Assembly (NCBI RefSeq): GCF_964355755.1
Contig: NC_092675.1
Location: 9,171,812-9,235,811, forward strand
From: Antedon mediterranea
Lineage: Eukaryota > Animalia > Echinodermata
Direction of reading: 5' to 3'
Length of the DNA stretch: 64,000 nucleotides
A model generated the notes under the pieces. The model was not told where the DNA came from and searched no databases. It saw nothing but the letters and a program-made list of their open reading frames with translations. Made by a program: the position numbers and the translations under genes. Positions 39,508-51,410 of this stretch are shown here, piece by piece. Each line of letters starts with the position of its first letter. Positions within the stretch are counted from its first letter, which is position 1.

Positions 39508-40229
39508 GGGTATTGCTAAACACCGCAAACCCCCGCAAACCTCCAAAAAAACATAGCAAACCCCACCGAACCAACATAAAAGTGATTGAATCATGTAGTG
39601 TACAACCCACTGGGTATATCCATGTAAAAAAATATTAAATTTCTACTGTTAACAACTTATTTTTGGGGTAAAACATCATTTTTTGGTCAAAAATGTTTGC
39701 TAAACCCCGCAAACGTCCAAAAAAATATAGCAAACCCCACCGAACCAACATAAAAGTGATTGAATCATGTAGTGTACAACCCACTGGGTATATCCATGTA
39801 AAAAAAAAAATTAAATTTCTACTGTTAACTACTTATTTTTGGGGTAAAACATCATTTTTTGGTCAAAAATGATTGCTAATTTTTAACCAAAAAATGATGT
39901 TTTATCCCCAAAAAAGTAGTTAACAGTAGAAATTTAATAATTTATATACCCAGTGGGTCATACACTACATTATTCAATCACTTTTATGTTGGTTCGGTGG
40001 GGTTTGCTATATTTTTTTGGAGGTTTGCGGGGTTTAGCAAACATTTTTGACCAAAAAATGATGTTTTACCCCAAAAATAAGTTGTTAACAGTAGAAATTT
40101 AATATTTTTTTACATGGATATACCCAGTGGGTTGTACACTACATGATTCAATCACTTTTATGTTGGTTCGGTGGGGTTTGCTATATTTTTTTGGAGGTTT
40201 GCGGGGGTTTGCGGTGTTTAGCAATACCC
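39508..40229. mobile_element. Near-perfect palindromic MITE with GGG termini and an 8-bp TSD
   Basis: GGGTATTGCTAAACACCGC...GCGGTGTTTAGCAATACCC. Each arm of about 360 bp is itself two units of about 170-180 bp. TSD CATAGTAT at 39500-39507 and 40230-40237. Confidence 0.92.
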
Positions 40230-40396
40230 CATAGTATCATAGTATCAGTATTCAGATTGTTTTTTTATATTAAAAACATATAAAACATACAATTAAATTA
40301 AATATCACAACAAGATTATATTATATTAGCATACTATTACCTATTAATTAGTATGTACTTTATAACATTTTATATCATAATAAAGCCTGTCAGTGA

Positions 40397-41652
40397 GTGT
40401 CATTGTTGTCAGGCACTACAGAGGGATCAGTGATTGGGCCAATCCTCTTTAATCTCTTTGTATCCGATCTCCCCTCCTGCATTGAATCACAGATACAACA
40501 ATATGCTGATGATACTCTCATATACAGAGCCATCAGAAACAAAAACAAAGATAAAGATAACCATAATGATAAGGATGAAATGACCTTGCAGTTGGATCTT
40601 CATGCTATTAACAACTGGTGTGTGACGAACAAAATGCTACTAAATACTGACAAATGTTTTGTGATGCACATAACTAGATCTAACAGTCGCCTTGAACAAG
40701 CATGTGATTATTTTATTGGAGATGATAGATTGCCCGTTACGAATTCCATTAAATATCTTGGAATTCACCTGAATCGCAAACTCACTTGGGCTGATCATAT
40801 CCAATATGTTAAATCCAAATCTAATCGCATGTTTGGTTTTGTGAGACGCATTGTCAAATGTCGTGATAAAGCTATTATATTGCGACTATATATATCGTTA
40901 GTTAGACCATATATTGATTACAGTTTACCTGCCTAGATCCCCTTTCTTAAAAAAGACATCGCTGCTCTTGAAGCTGTCCAAAGGAGGGTCACCCGTACTG
41001 TACATGCTTCCCAAGATCAGCCAGTCTCCCTTACCCTGAACGTTTGAAACGCCTTAATCTGATGTCCATTAACAATCGTATTAGGTATTTATGTATTAAT
41101 TTTGTTACCAAATGTATGTACAAATTATATGATGTTAAAGTTTTTAAATATTTATCTATTAATTGCAGACATGTTAATAACCTTAAGTTGCGCAATAATT
41201 GTATAGCCCGGACTGATTTATTTCATAACTCTGTCTTTAATTTTTTTGTTAGACATTTTAGAGATCTGCCTGCGGATCTCTGCAACCAACTTTTAATTAA
41301 TATAAACTGTTTTAAGCATAGCCTTAAGAAATATTTTAATAATCTGTTTTAATCTGAACATATGTAGGCCTATATTTTAAAGATATTTTCTTAATTCTAT
41401 CTTTTTAAATTAACATTTTTTTATAAAAACCCATTGCTGAATTTTATAGTTTTATCTCAATTTTAATAGAATCCATGTATTATTCATTTTATGTAAGTAT
41501 TTCGATGTGGAGAGCCTCTCGACAGTTATTTTTATTTATAACTTTTAGGTTATCCGGCCTCATTATTGACTTACTTTTGTATTGTTTTTTTTTTGTACTG
41601 TTCTGTAATGTATATTGGCGAAATAAATGATATGATATGATATGATATGATA
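40397..41652 (+). mobile_element. 5'-truncated non-LTR retrotransposon (CR1/L2/Jockey group), RT C-terminus and 3' UTR
   Basis: GSVIGPILFNLFVSDL, YADD, KYLGI, LYISLVRP motifs. In-frame TAG at 40934 and frameshifts. Ends AATAAA(TGATA)5. Confidence 0.92.
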
Positions 41653-41918
41653 CTACCTGGCGAAGATTTATAGCATGAGATGACCCATAATTTAAAATAT
41701 TTTGCTCAGTCCTTTGTTGGGCCCGAGCATCTTACACTGGGTTCCGTGGTTCCAAAACAATATCAATAACTTAATAAGAATTCGCCACACTGTCACTAGG
41801 CTAGGCCTAGCCAACACTATCACTCAACAAGCGGCTGGTTGTTGTGGTGGAAAGGTAGAGATCACATTTCTCGTTGAAAGTCTCCATGGTATAGTCAATT
41901 ATTTTTAAAAACACTCAC

Positions 41919-42115
41919 CAGACTATGTCTTGATTATTGCATCGTATCCGATGTAGGTACCATATGGTATCTTTACATTTCCTTGTCTCTTTTTTTCACT
42001 AAAATTTATTCTGCCTTTGTCCTCATTTTCTTTCGCTTTCTTTTTTCTGCTCATTATTTTCCCTTTCTTTCAATGACCTTTGGCCTTTCAATTGCAGCGA
42101 GCGCCACCTAGAAGC
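41919..42115 (-). promoter_or_regulatory. Candidate non-coding first exon / promoter of the zinc-finger gene
   Basis: Strong minus-strand donor CTG|GTGAGT at 41919 and a CTCF-like GCGCCACCTAG at 42101. Splicing directly to 37797 would create an in-frame TGA ahead of the MEDEN ATG, consistent with 5' UTR. Confidence 0.4.
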
Positions 42116-42153
42116 AGAAGAAAAGTACAGGTAAGTGCAATCCAAATCAAGAG

Positions 42154-42259
42154 TTTTTAGTCGCGCAAACGCGACTCTACAGCTCACTATGTCGGTCGGT
42201 CGGTAAACACTAACTCAAATTTGCGCACGCGACTGCAGCCATGTACATATGACCTTGTT
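42154..42259 (+). mobile_element. Short Helentron/DINE-like non-autonomous element
   Basis: TTTTTAGTCGCG...CGCGACT short inverted repeat, (GTCG)n tract, a second CGCGACT and a CCTTGTT end. Confidence 0.55.
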
Positions 42260-42726
42260 ATTATAATAATACCTCGATGGTACGAAAGCCACATGAATAT
42301 AAATATATTTTGACAAAAATAAAATTATTTCGAAATTAAAAAAACAAAGATACAGCGCACATTGGCCGCCGGTTCATTTCGATCACCGAAGAATGGAACG
42401 CCTAAAGTTCCAGTGGGCCATGTCTAATATTAGAGCTTAAAAAGAATTTCATAACGCCTGTTTGTTAACGTTGATTAAAATAAAATTCTAGCCATGTCTG
42501 CCTTAATTGTTTGATTTATATTAACGAACTTTCAAATTCATCCTGGCCATTTTTTTTTTCGATTCTCGTTTGTTTGCCGATGAGGCCTACTTATTCATCC
42601 ATTTTCTTCTTGATTTGACAAATATTTCTGTTGAATTTAAATCAGTTAGTAGATAGTGTAATTTAAATAAACTTTTGAAAAAATACTTAAATAAGTGTTC
42701 AATCAAATTTTAAATATATTATTATC

Positions 42727-43660
42727 CAAGGTAATTTTACTACATCAAAGCCTGTAGACGTAAACAGTGGAATCCTGTAGTGATCGGTCCTCGGACCAAT
42801 TCTATTCATCTTATTCATAAATGACCTTCCAGACAAGATAATCTTTTCAGGTTTTAACATGTTTGCGGATGATGCCAAAATGACAAAAAAAAACATTAAA
42901 GAGGAAACTGATTCAACTACACTCCAATACGATCTTGACAGGGCTCAGGAATGGTCAGATAAATGGTTGATGAAATTTAATGTAAAGTTACTCAGTGAAA
43001 CACTGTTGGCAGTGACTGAAGAAGAAAGATCTATTTTTTTTTCACAAGTGATTGTAAGGTAAGCCAAGTCGGCACTGTGCAAAAGCAGCAGCTAGAGCAG
43101 TAAACAGCATGAGAACTGTGAAAAGGACATTCAAAAACATTGAAAAGTTTTCGAGTAAGGTTCAAGTCATATATTCGTCCACGTCAGATATGGAATATTG
43201 CATTCAGTCTTGGTCACCGTATTACAGTAAAGATAAAGAATCATTAGAGAAAGTACAGAGGAGAGCCACAAAGCTGGTGAGTGGGTTAATGGAACTACCT
43301 TACGATCAAAGGCTGGAATAGTTGGACCTCCAACCACTGGAGATAAGAAAGATACTTCAATATTCTAAAAGGTGTCGAGGATATAAACCCAGACGACTTC
43401 TTCACCATCTCACCAACAACAGAACTCGTGGTCACAGTCTAAAGCTTTATCGTGCTAAACTCAGCAAATATCTTGTGCATAAATACCTTTTTTTTTAAAT
43501 CAGAATAATTAAGCATTGGCCGAGTCAGTTATTCAATCCCCTCTAAGTCAACACATTTAAGTCTAGACTTAATTTTTTACAATTTTTAAAAACTAGACAT
43601 GGAAGCAAATAGGCACTAGCCTGAACTAATTCCATCAAACATTAAGTGTAAGTGTAGTAT
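42727..43660 (+). mobile_element. Degenerate CR1-like LINE fragment
   Basis: SVLGPILFILFINDLP, FADDAK, EYCIQSWSPY, LEKVQRRATKLV, with stops, frameshifts and deletions. Confidence 0.9.
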
Positions 43661-46208
43661 TAACAATTAATCAAAGAAAGTGTTTCTGCTTGATAATATC
43701 TACAACATACAAGTCAACTTTATTGTCAAAATCTTTCTGAAATTTTAAGATATGTTTTGTACATTAGTCTTGTCTTGTCGTCTGCCATTTGGCAGGTCGA
43801 TAAAAGACTTCTTTCCCCATGCTTCTCTATTTAGTGCTTCTTCTTTTAGTTCCAAATATGTATTGTTATTATTTAATCTATCAAGCATAGCAGCTATCCT
43901 TAGTAATATCATTAAATAATACAAGTTACTATCTTTTAAAGTGTTGATTAAATAAATTGCATGCCATGTACAGTGTTGAAAATCTTAAGCAGTTTGTGGA
44001 AATTGTTTTCTGTGGTTTCTATCCCTTCCTGATCTGCTTATAATGTCTGAGTGTAATGGGTGGATGAGTCTTGTATAATTGAGTTATTTTAAAGTATAAA
44101 CACTTTAAATATAATATCATCTAGAGATGTCACTTCGACACCGATAACTTTGCTGGCCTTATTTACATTTTTTTTTTATTTCACGTTTACTGTTAACATT
44201 GATATAAGAAAACCAAATAATAATACATAAGAAAGGATTGATTGAACAACAGAGGAATAAAACATATGAATAATATGGGAGGTAACATTAAACCGTTTCA
44301 TTTTATATACACAGTACATTCTCTATACTTTCAAAGTTTCTGGAAAACTCACATAAAAGATATACATACAAAATTAAGACAAAAAGCTGATATTCTAATT
44401 TCAAATTGGTATATTAATTACTTTTATTACACTTTATTATTCTTATTTTTGTATCCAATTTTAACATAATTATGGTATTAAGGTTAGAATAGAATGTAGA
44501 ACTTAGAATGTCTTTTCGTTCTCACTGTTCTCAGATAACTATTAGATGTATTACCTTTTCGCATTTTCGAGCTCACACTTTATTATTGTTTATGAAAATT
44601 CTTGATATTTATAAATTGCATAAAATTTATTTCGGATGTTTATTATGGTAGAACTCCCATTGTATACGATGATATGATTATTTTAATAACACATTACAAG
44701 ACTGAACATTACTAATTTGAACGTTGCTTTGTCCTCTTACAAATTTAGGCCAACAAAAGACATTTAATGACCTTAAGTTATGGAAAACATTACAAATAGA
44801 TTTGGATTCATTAGAGGGAATTAAAGAAATGTTATTTGATAGGTACCGTTTAATTTAAATAAATCATCTTAAATTTAAAAAACTGATAATCTTGCTTACT
44901 ATTGTTTTGTACTTGTAAGTTTTTTATTCAAGAAATGTTAAGTACGTACATTTTGTTTTTGATAAGCTTTGATTAGCTCAACATTGTGCTAAAATAATAA
45001 AAAACGTAAAACCAAAGAAACTTTAAAAATTCACTGACCTTACAAACAAGCTAAACATCACTCTAGAAAAAAACTGAAGAAAACTACTGAAGATGGAAAA
45101 CAATTTACAATAAATGTATGGTCGTATAAGAAATACATATGAGAGTCCTATTCTAATACTACATTCAATGTTTAATTAATTTGTCTAAACAGGATGACTT
45201 TATGACAAAACCCTTCATTACAATGATTATAAACATTGTCACTGGCTTTCATTTAATGTGTAATTTAGCGTTCTACAACAAGTAGTTTACGAGATAGCAT
45301 TTTTTGTTTGTGATTTTTAAAATTAATGAAAATCAATATTTTCTAAAGTTATGATGACTTATGGTAGGTCTATGACAAAAATCCCCATTACATTAAATAT
45401 AAAAATTATCATTGGTTTTCATTTAATGTATGATTTAGCATTCTACTACAGGTAGTTTACGAGATAGCATTTTTCCCCCGATTTTTTCCACCCAAAAAAA
45501 TCAGTATTTCACATATAGGCCTAAAATTTCTTTTTGATATTCACTCCCATATAGTTCAGGCAATTTTTAAAAGTTGTTTAAAAAAATTCAAGCATATGTT
45601 ACAGAAATATTTGTAATTCAATTTCACCCCAAAAATGAGTTTATTTTTCATATTATTTTCTAAAATAATAACTCAAATGACTTTTCATGATAATTAATGT
45701 GTAGTACAGTATGATTTATCAGATTTAAATTTTGCTTAATTCCAGAAGAATTTATGCATTTCATATCAAATACTGTGTCATGAAATAAAGATATTGGTAA
45801 AATTGCTTGAAAAAATAGGTTGTTCAATTGATGCAAAGTCCTATTTCTAGCATTTCGACCTTTGATTTATCATATCTCAGCAACCAATAATCAGAGAGAC
45901 ACGAAATAGGGCTGAAATTGTTGCATTCATTTTATTCTAATGACATTCTTTTACCCAAAATGGCTGATTATATAACTAACCAATAATCAAATAAAATTCC
46001 ATAATTGTAAACGTTTTCTATCTTGTCTAATGGCTATATAATAATATTTTTTCCAAGAATTCCGATAGTGTGGTTTTTAAAGCCTACATATTCAAAATGA
46101 CCGCTATCAAAAATTGTAAGATAGATAATATACAACAACATATTTAACCTTTAAATGGGAGTTTTTGATTGATCTGGGTTATTTCCACTTTATTTAGCGT
46201 GTCCTTGA

Positions 46209-46522
46209 TGCATTATTATTTCCTATCCAATTAAGGCAGAAATCATGAATAATTCATTACCTTAATTTGTTTCTATTATAAAGAATTGCAAGATAATATA
46301 CTAAACCTAGCCCGCTAAATAATCTCTCTCTCAACTAATAATATAAACCGGCGTTCCATAGGTTAATGCCTTTACCAATAGACCAAACATTTCGGTTGGC
46401 TAACGATGTTTACACAAATCATTTTATATATAGCGCCGTCTATAATGTCCCATATTATGTCATAATTATTCTAATAAATTATTCATGATTTCTGCCTTAA
46501 TCGGATAAGAAAAAATAATGCG
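46209..46522. mobile_element. MITE-like element with about 45-bp inverted ends
   Basis: gcattattatttcctatccaattaaggcagaaatcatgaataatt versus aattattcatgatttctgccttaatcggataagaaaaaataatgc. Confidence 0.7.
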
Positions 46523-47922
46523 TCCTGGCGTATTCTAAGCAAATTACAATCTAAGTTCCTAATTTGCATATCCAAATTCCGATATGTTAATTGTTAAATT
46601 GCAGATATAAGTCTAAGACGTTAGTGTGAACGACTTGATTTATGTACTAAAAGGTTAGACCTATTTAGTTGATCCAAATGATATTGGTTTCACTAACTGC
46701 AAATGTGTAATAAGTTATGCAAAATTCAAAGTGGAGATTTCTTAAAACTAAGTTGAAAATGTTAAAACTGCGTTAAATACGATACTATTAATTATTAAAT
46801 AAGTAGCATCTTTGTACTTTTTGATTACACATCTATAATTAATTCAAAGTGAAATTTTTGAATGAAAATTAATATACATGTTCGTCACAGGATTTGTTGA
46901 CTGGAAGTAAAAGTTTCTGAAAATGTTTAATTTTATTATTGTGTCTTTTGCACGCATAGAAATTCGCCTAATCTCATTCAACAAGGAAATGTAAATGATA
47001 CCATTTGGTGTGTTTGAAAGCATCTGATAGATCTACAGATGATATTAAAATAGATTGTGAGAATGTTGCATTTGTTTGGTTTTGCAATGAATGAACTTGT
47101 ACAGGCAGCTAAAATATGATTAGTGTTTAAGTTGTTTAATATATGGAACGTTGAAAGCTAAAATGTTTATATTTGAGCAGAAAGGCAACATTTAAATAGA
47201 GGCGTGTTTCCCAACTAAATACTGAAAAACTCCTGCTTATGAATTTGATACACTGAGTAGCCTACAGTTGTGAGGAGGTGGTGTATGTCAATATCGGATC
47301 ATTTTGGACAAAGCTACATTGTTATTACCGTTGGATGGAACTTCAGTGTTTTGATAGTTAATTAGAATATTTTAAACAAAAACTGATACAGATATAAAGT
47401 AAAAAAGACATTTAACAAGAAAATAATATTTTCAATTCACTATTAAAACGGGTAATAACAAAGTGCGAGGCAATGAGGCATGCGAGGCACGTTAGCATTA
47501 TTTGCTAAAGTGTGAATTAGGCCTAGTCTATGTCAATTGTCGGTCGATCGGGTTCAGAATTCTCTCGCAATGTTTATAGCCAAACATATAACATAGTCTT
47601 TTATTCTTTGCGACATGTTCTTTGCTCGGCATATCAGTTATACCTTTCTTCACCGCCAGTTATTGAACTGTTTCCCTGGCCATCGCTGAGTTGGTAGTTC
47701 GTGAGGTTCACTTTTTTGGATGAACATTTTGCGAAATATATTATATTAATGCTCGTACGTTTTTTACCTTTTTTCTCACTCAAACGCAAAAAGTAAATTA
47801 GTAATGCTTATAAATTGAGCCAAACGAACTCAAATTGAAAATAACAACTACCAGACAATACATGTGATTGAGTTGAAAATGAAAAAAAGTGCGATATTGT
47901 TTATTTACGAGAGAGGTACACA

Positions 47923-50379
47923 CAGGGGTGGTCGCATGACAATTTTAAGAGGGTTACCCAAAGACTCCAGGGCTGTAGACACTGAGTATTTGAGCAAGCA
48001 AATTGTTAAATGACACCCCTAGATGGCCGGAAACAGTACTCTCGCACGTAAAATTCATAATGAATTGCACCTCTAGTTCGTCGGAAATGTCACTCACTCT
48101 AGGCCTATAGTGCGCTAGCAAACAGAGGATTGTAGCCTATTATTATCCCGACGGTAATAAAACATACGCGACTAACAATATAGGATAAAAATGTTTTCGT
48201 TCAATGCGAACGTCACGGAGAAGTCTCCGATGAAAGTACTTCTGATACGGTAATACTAATAACTGTACTCAATAAATGTAAATTAATTACCAATAATTTT
48301 AAAAAGTTATACAACAAATATGAAGCTGCTGCTATAAATATATTGAGCGAAACGTTAAATTGTATTATTTTGAATTAAATGCTAAATAGAGTCAGATGTT
48401 AAAACCACATATTCCAAAATTCATTTTATTTATCCACTATAAACTTTACAAAAGTGTTGTTTAAACCACACTCTAAAATAAAACAAAGACAATTATGACA
48501 GGACATTTGCCAAAAGAAACAACTTTGCTCTGCTACCGGTATAACACGGTTACAATTTCGGAACGCTATGCTATGCGTGGGTAATTTGTGAATGACATAG
48601 TAGGCTAAATACACAAGCCTAGATAGGGAAGATCTGTACTGCCGTTCATTGCGAGAGGAGGGGGAAGTCCGATAATGTGTCATGTATTCTGTTGAGCAAA
48701 TTGGCGCATTATGGTATAAGAGGCATCGTTTTAATGTGGTTTAGAAATAAGTAGCCGTAAACAATATGTTTATGCCAATGGTAGCTCATCATGTTTAAAA
48801 GACACCAATATAGGGGTACCACAGGGCTCTGTTGTAGGACCACTTTTGTTTTTGATCTACATCAATGATATAAGTCGAGCAAGTAGTAAAATAGATATAA
48901 GTTTTGCCGACGACACAAATTCACAAGACTAACTTGCAGTCAACAGTTTATACACATAATATGGACCAAAATTGTGGAAAGAATTCACTTGTAATGGTGA
49001 TAATAAACAAGTTATTTTAAAGAAACAAAATAAGTGTATAAAAAACAGGTCAAAAATACTTTTTATCTATATGCTGATTAACACCTTTGTTTATGGTAAA
49101 TGACTGTTTTATCTAAGTTCTATTTACTTATATTGTTCTTATGTAAAAGGGTACTACAAAAAAAACGAAGCTACAGTTTTTTTATGCAGGATCCTTGTTA
49201 TCAGTTGTATTGCAATTATGATGTAATTGATGAATAAATAAATGTGGAATAAATGAAATGAAATAATAAAGTAACAAGACAGAGATGAAATAAAATCCCG
49301 AATACAAGCTGATTGTCGTTGTTTTAGTCGTCGTCAGAAGTTTATCGACCGATATATATTTCTCATGTGTAGTGCAGCGTTTCTTTGATCTTTCATTGAA
49401 TCATTCTGTTTGTATTATAACAAAGTTCATTTTGGATTTTCAGTAAATTACCAATGGTTTATTCAAAGTCAACACTGTAACTATTCCCTCACTATTCAAT
49501 CAAAACGTTATTATTATACTACGATGTTGTTAAAAATGGGTTGCGTGATATGAAAATGGATTGATAGTAAAACGTTTTTTGTCTGGTTAGATAGGCCTAT
49601 TCATGCACTGATGAAGCGGAGGATTATTTTTGTAGCGTTCCATTTAAAATAATTTTTGTTACAAAGAAATATCTTGGTTGTGGAGGTCGTTAAATTGGTT
49701 GGCGCCAGCGTTACTTCTTTTACCAATATTTTAACAATTAAGCTAATATCAAAACATGCAACAATGATAAAATGCCCTGCAACTCTGCAACTACTTTTTA
49801 CGACTATATCAAATTCCGGGTCCGGTATAATTCACTGTTACTACGGAAATTCGGCCTAATATTACGGACGTATACGTACGAAAATGATGATAAATAGGCC
49901 CGTAAATAGGGTACTTCACGGAAAAACAAAACTATACGCAAAATTATGACTTTGGCCTTAAATTATGGAAAAATGCAATAATTATGAACAAATCTACGAC
50001 CCATATGACGGGTTTCTCCCGAACACAGTGTGTGTTGGCCTCCTTTCGTACCTCATCATCAGGAGAGAGATATATCTCCCTGCTCTCATGACGCTCGCAC
50101 CACAAGCAACTAGCCAATCAGAAATACATTCTGCGCATGCTCAGAAACTTATCTACACTAATATCTGTGTGCGGTATAATAGCCCTATTGGTGACTGCTG
50201 TGCATTCTGCCCAATTTACAAAGGTTCTCTTCCAGACTGGACTTTTATAACGTATAAATATGGATATTGTATACGATGAAATGGGACTCTAATGGGATTT
50301 TAATTTAGTGGCAGAAACAATATTTAATAGTAAGGGTGTTGCCCGGGCCACTAGGGCAACACCCCAGGTTCCGCCTCTG
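47923..50379 (+). mobile_element. CAGGGGCGG-terminated non-autonomous DNA element, copy 1, interrupted by insertions
   Basis: Collinear similarity to 56021-57304 (ttgttaaatgacacccctagatggccggaaa; tgaagctgctgctataaatatattgagc; gtgttgcccgggc..gggcaacacccc). Ends ccgcctctg. Confidence 0.75.
48720..49270 (+). mobile_element. Degenerate L2/CR1-group LINE fragment
   Basis: GVPQGSVVGPLLFLIYINDI and FADDTN motifs at about 48810-48920; tail aataaatgaaatgaaat. Confidence 0.8.
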
Positions 50380-51410
50380 AAAGTAGACCTATGTCTAGCT
50401 AGGAGGCAGTGTTGTGCCCGTATACTACGGCTACATGTTATAGAAACTCATGCTCTAGCTGACGCCGGTCGGTTTTTGTGGACGCAGTTTGACCCGCTGG
50501 TTTGACCAAATTTCTTATCTATCTCGCTCGGTCGTGAGCGACTATATTAAGTACCTAATATTATAAACACCGTGTAACGATACGAAGTATGCAGTTAACT
50601 AACTAATATTATTAACACCTTGCAACGGTACGAAGTATGCAGTGTACAAAGACCTCGTGTCAATAAACAAGCACTGAGTCATTCGATGTTGATCGAATCG
50701 ATTATTGATATCGGAAGACTGTCGGTCGGATAAAAAAAGGGGCGCATACAAATGAAAATTAACCACAGACAAGTGAAAGGTGAATTCAAATAATTTTGAC
50801 AAGACATGAATTGAATGAAATACAAAAACCATCGTTACATAGATATAGCCTACGGAAGCTCCTTAGGGTATATATACTGTATTTTAAGCCGCCAGTTAAT
50901 ATAATAGCTCTTAAAACATAATTAACTAATAGTGGCCCGGGCTTCCATTACAGCCTATTATAGGCCTAAAAATATAAATAATTGATTTATATAATATCAT
51001 AGCATAGCACGTTAAGATATGCCTCGTACTTTTTTTTGAAATTGTCAACTATATGCCAGCATGCCTCCTCGCACTTGATGATAATAATAAATAATATGAT
51101 AAAATGCATCGCATAAATAATAGGCGTGCCTCGCATACCTCACATGCCTCGCTGCCTCGCACTTTGTCAACGCTACACTAAGTGTAGTGTAGGCCTACTG
51201 AAAACTTAGTTCAGCACGATTGCTGTAAAATTACTCCATGGTAAAACATAAATGTGTTGCGTGACCAGGAGCTAATAACGGATATTGTTGTACTGTTTAG
51301 CAACTCAAGTCACCAGCTGGTTGGCTTATTTTCAGATACATATAGCGTTTTGTTACAGCAATAGATGACAAGTGAGGCGCTTTCAAAACGAAAATCGATT
51401 GATTGGCATT

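Larger units (their letters stand above)
47458..51167. mobile_element. Old TIR element (ACAAAGTGCGAGGCA termini) enclosing nested insertions
   Basis: acaaagtgcgaggcaatgaggcatgcgaggcacg at 47458 and cgtgcctcgc...gctgcctcgcactttgt ending at 51167. No clear TSD. Confidence 0.6.

Noticed and set aside
44900-46150. Duplicated ~160-bp blocks and ttgacctttga-like motifs resembling transposon subterminal repeats
   Set aside because: Too degenerate to define ends or family.
50030-50100. Hammerhead-like core on the minus strand (CTGATGA...CGAAA next to a small hairpin)
   Set aside because: Stem II is not properly closed and I could not pair stem III with an NUH cleavage site. An Infernal search with hammerhead models would settle it.
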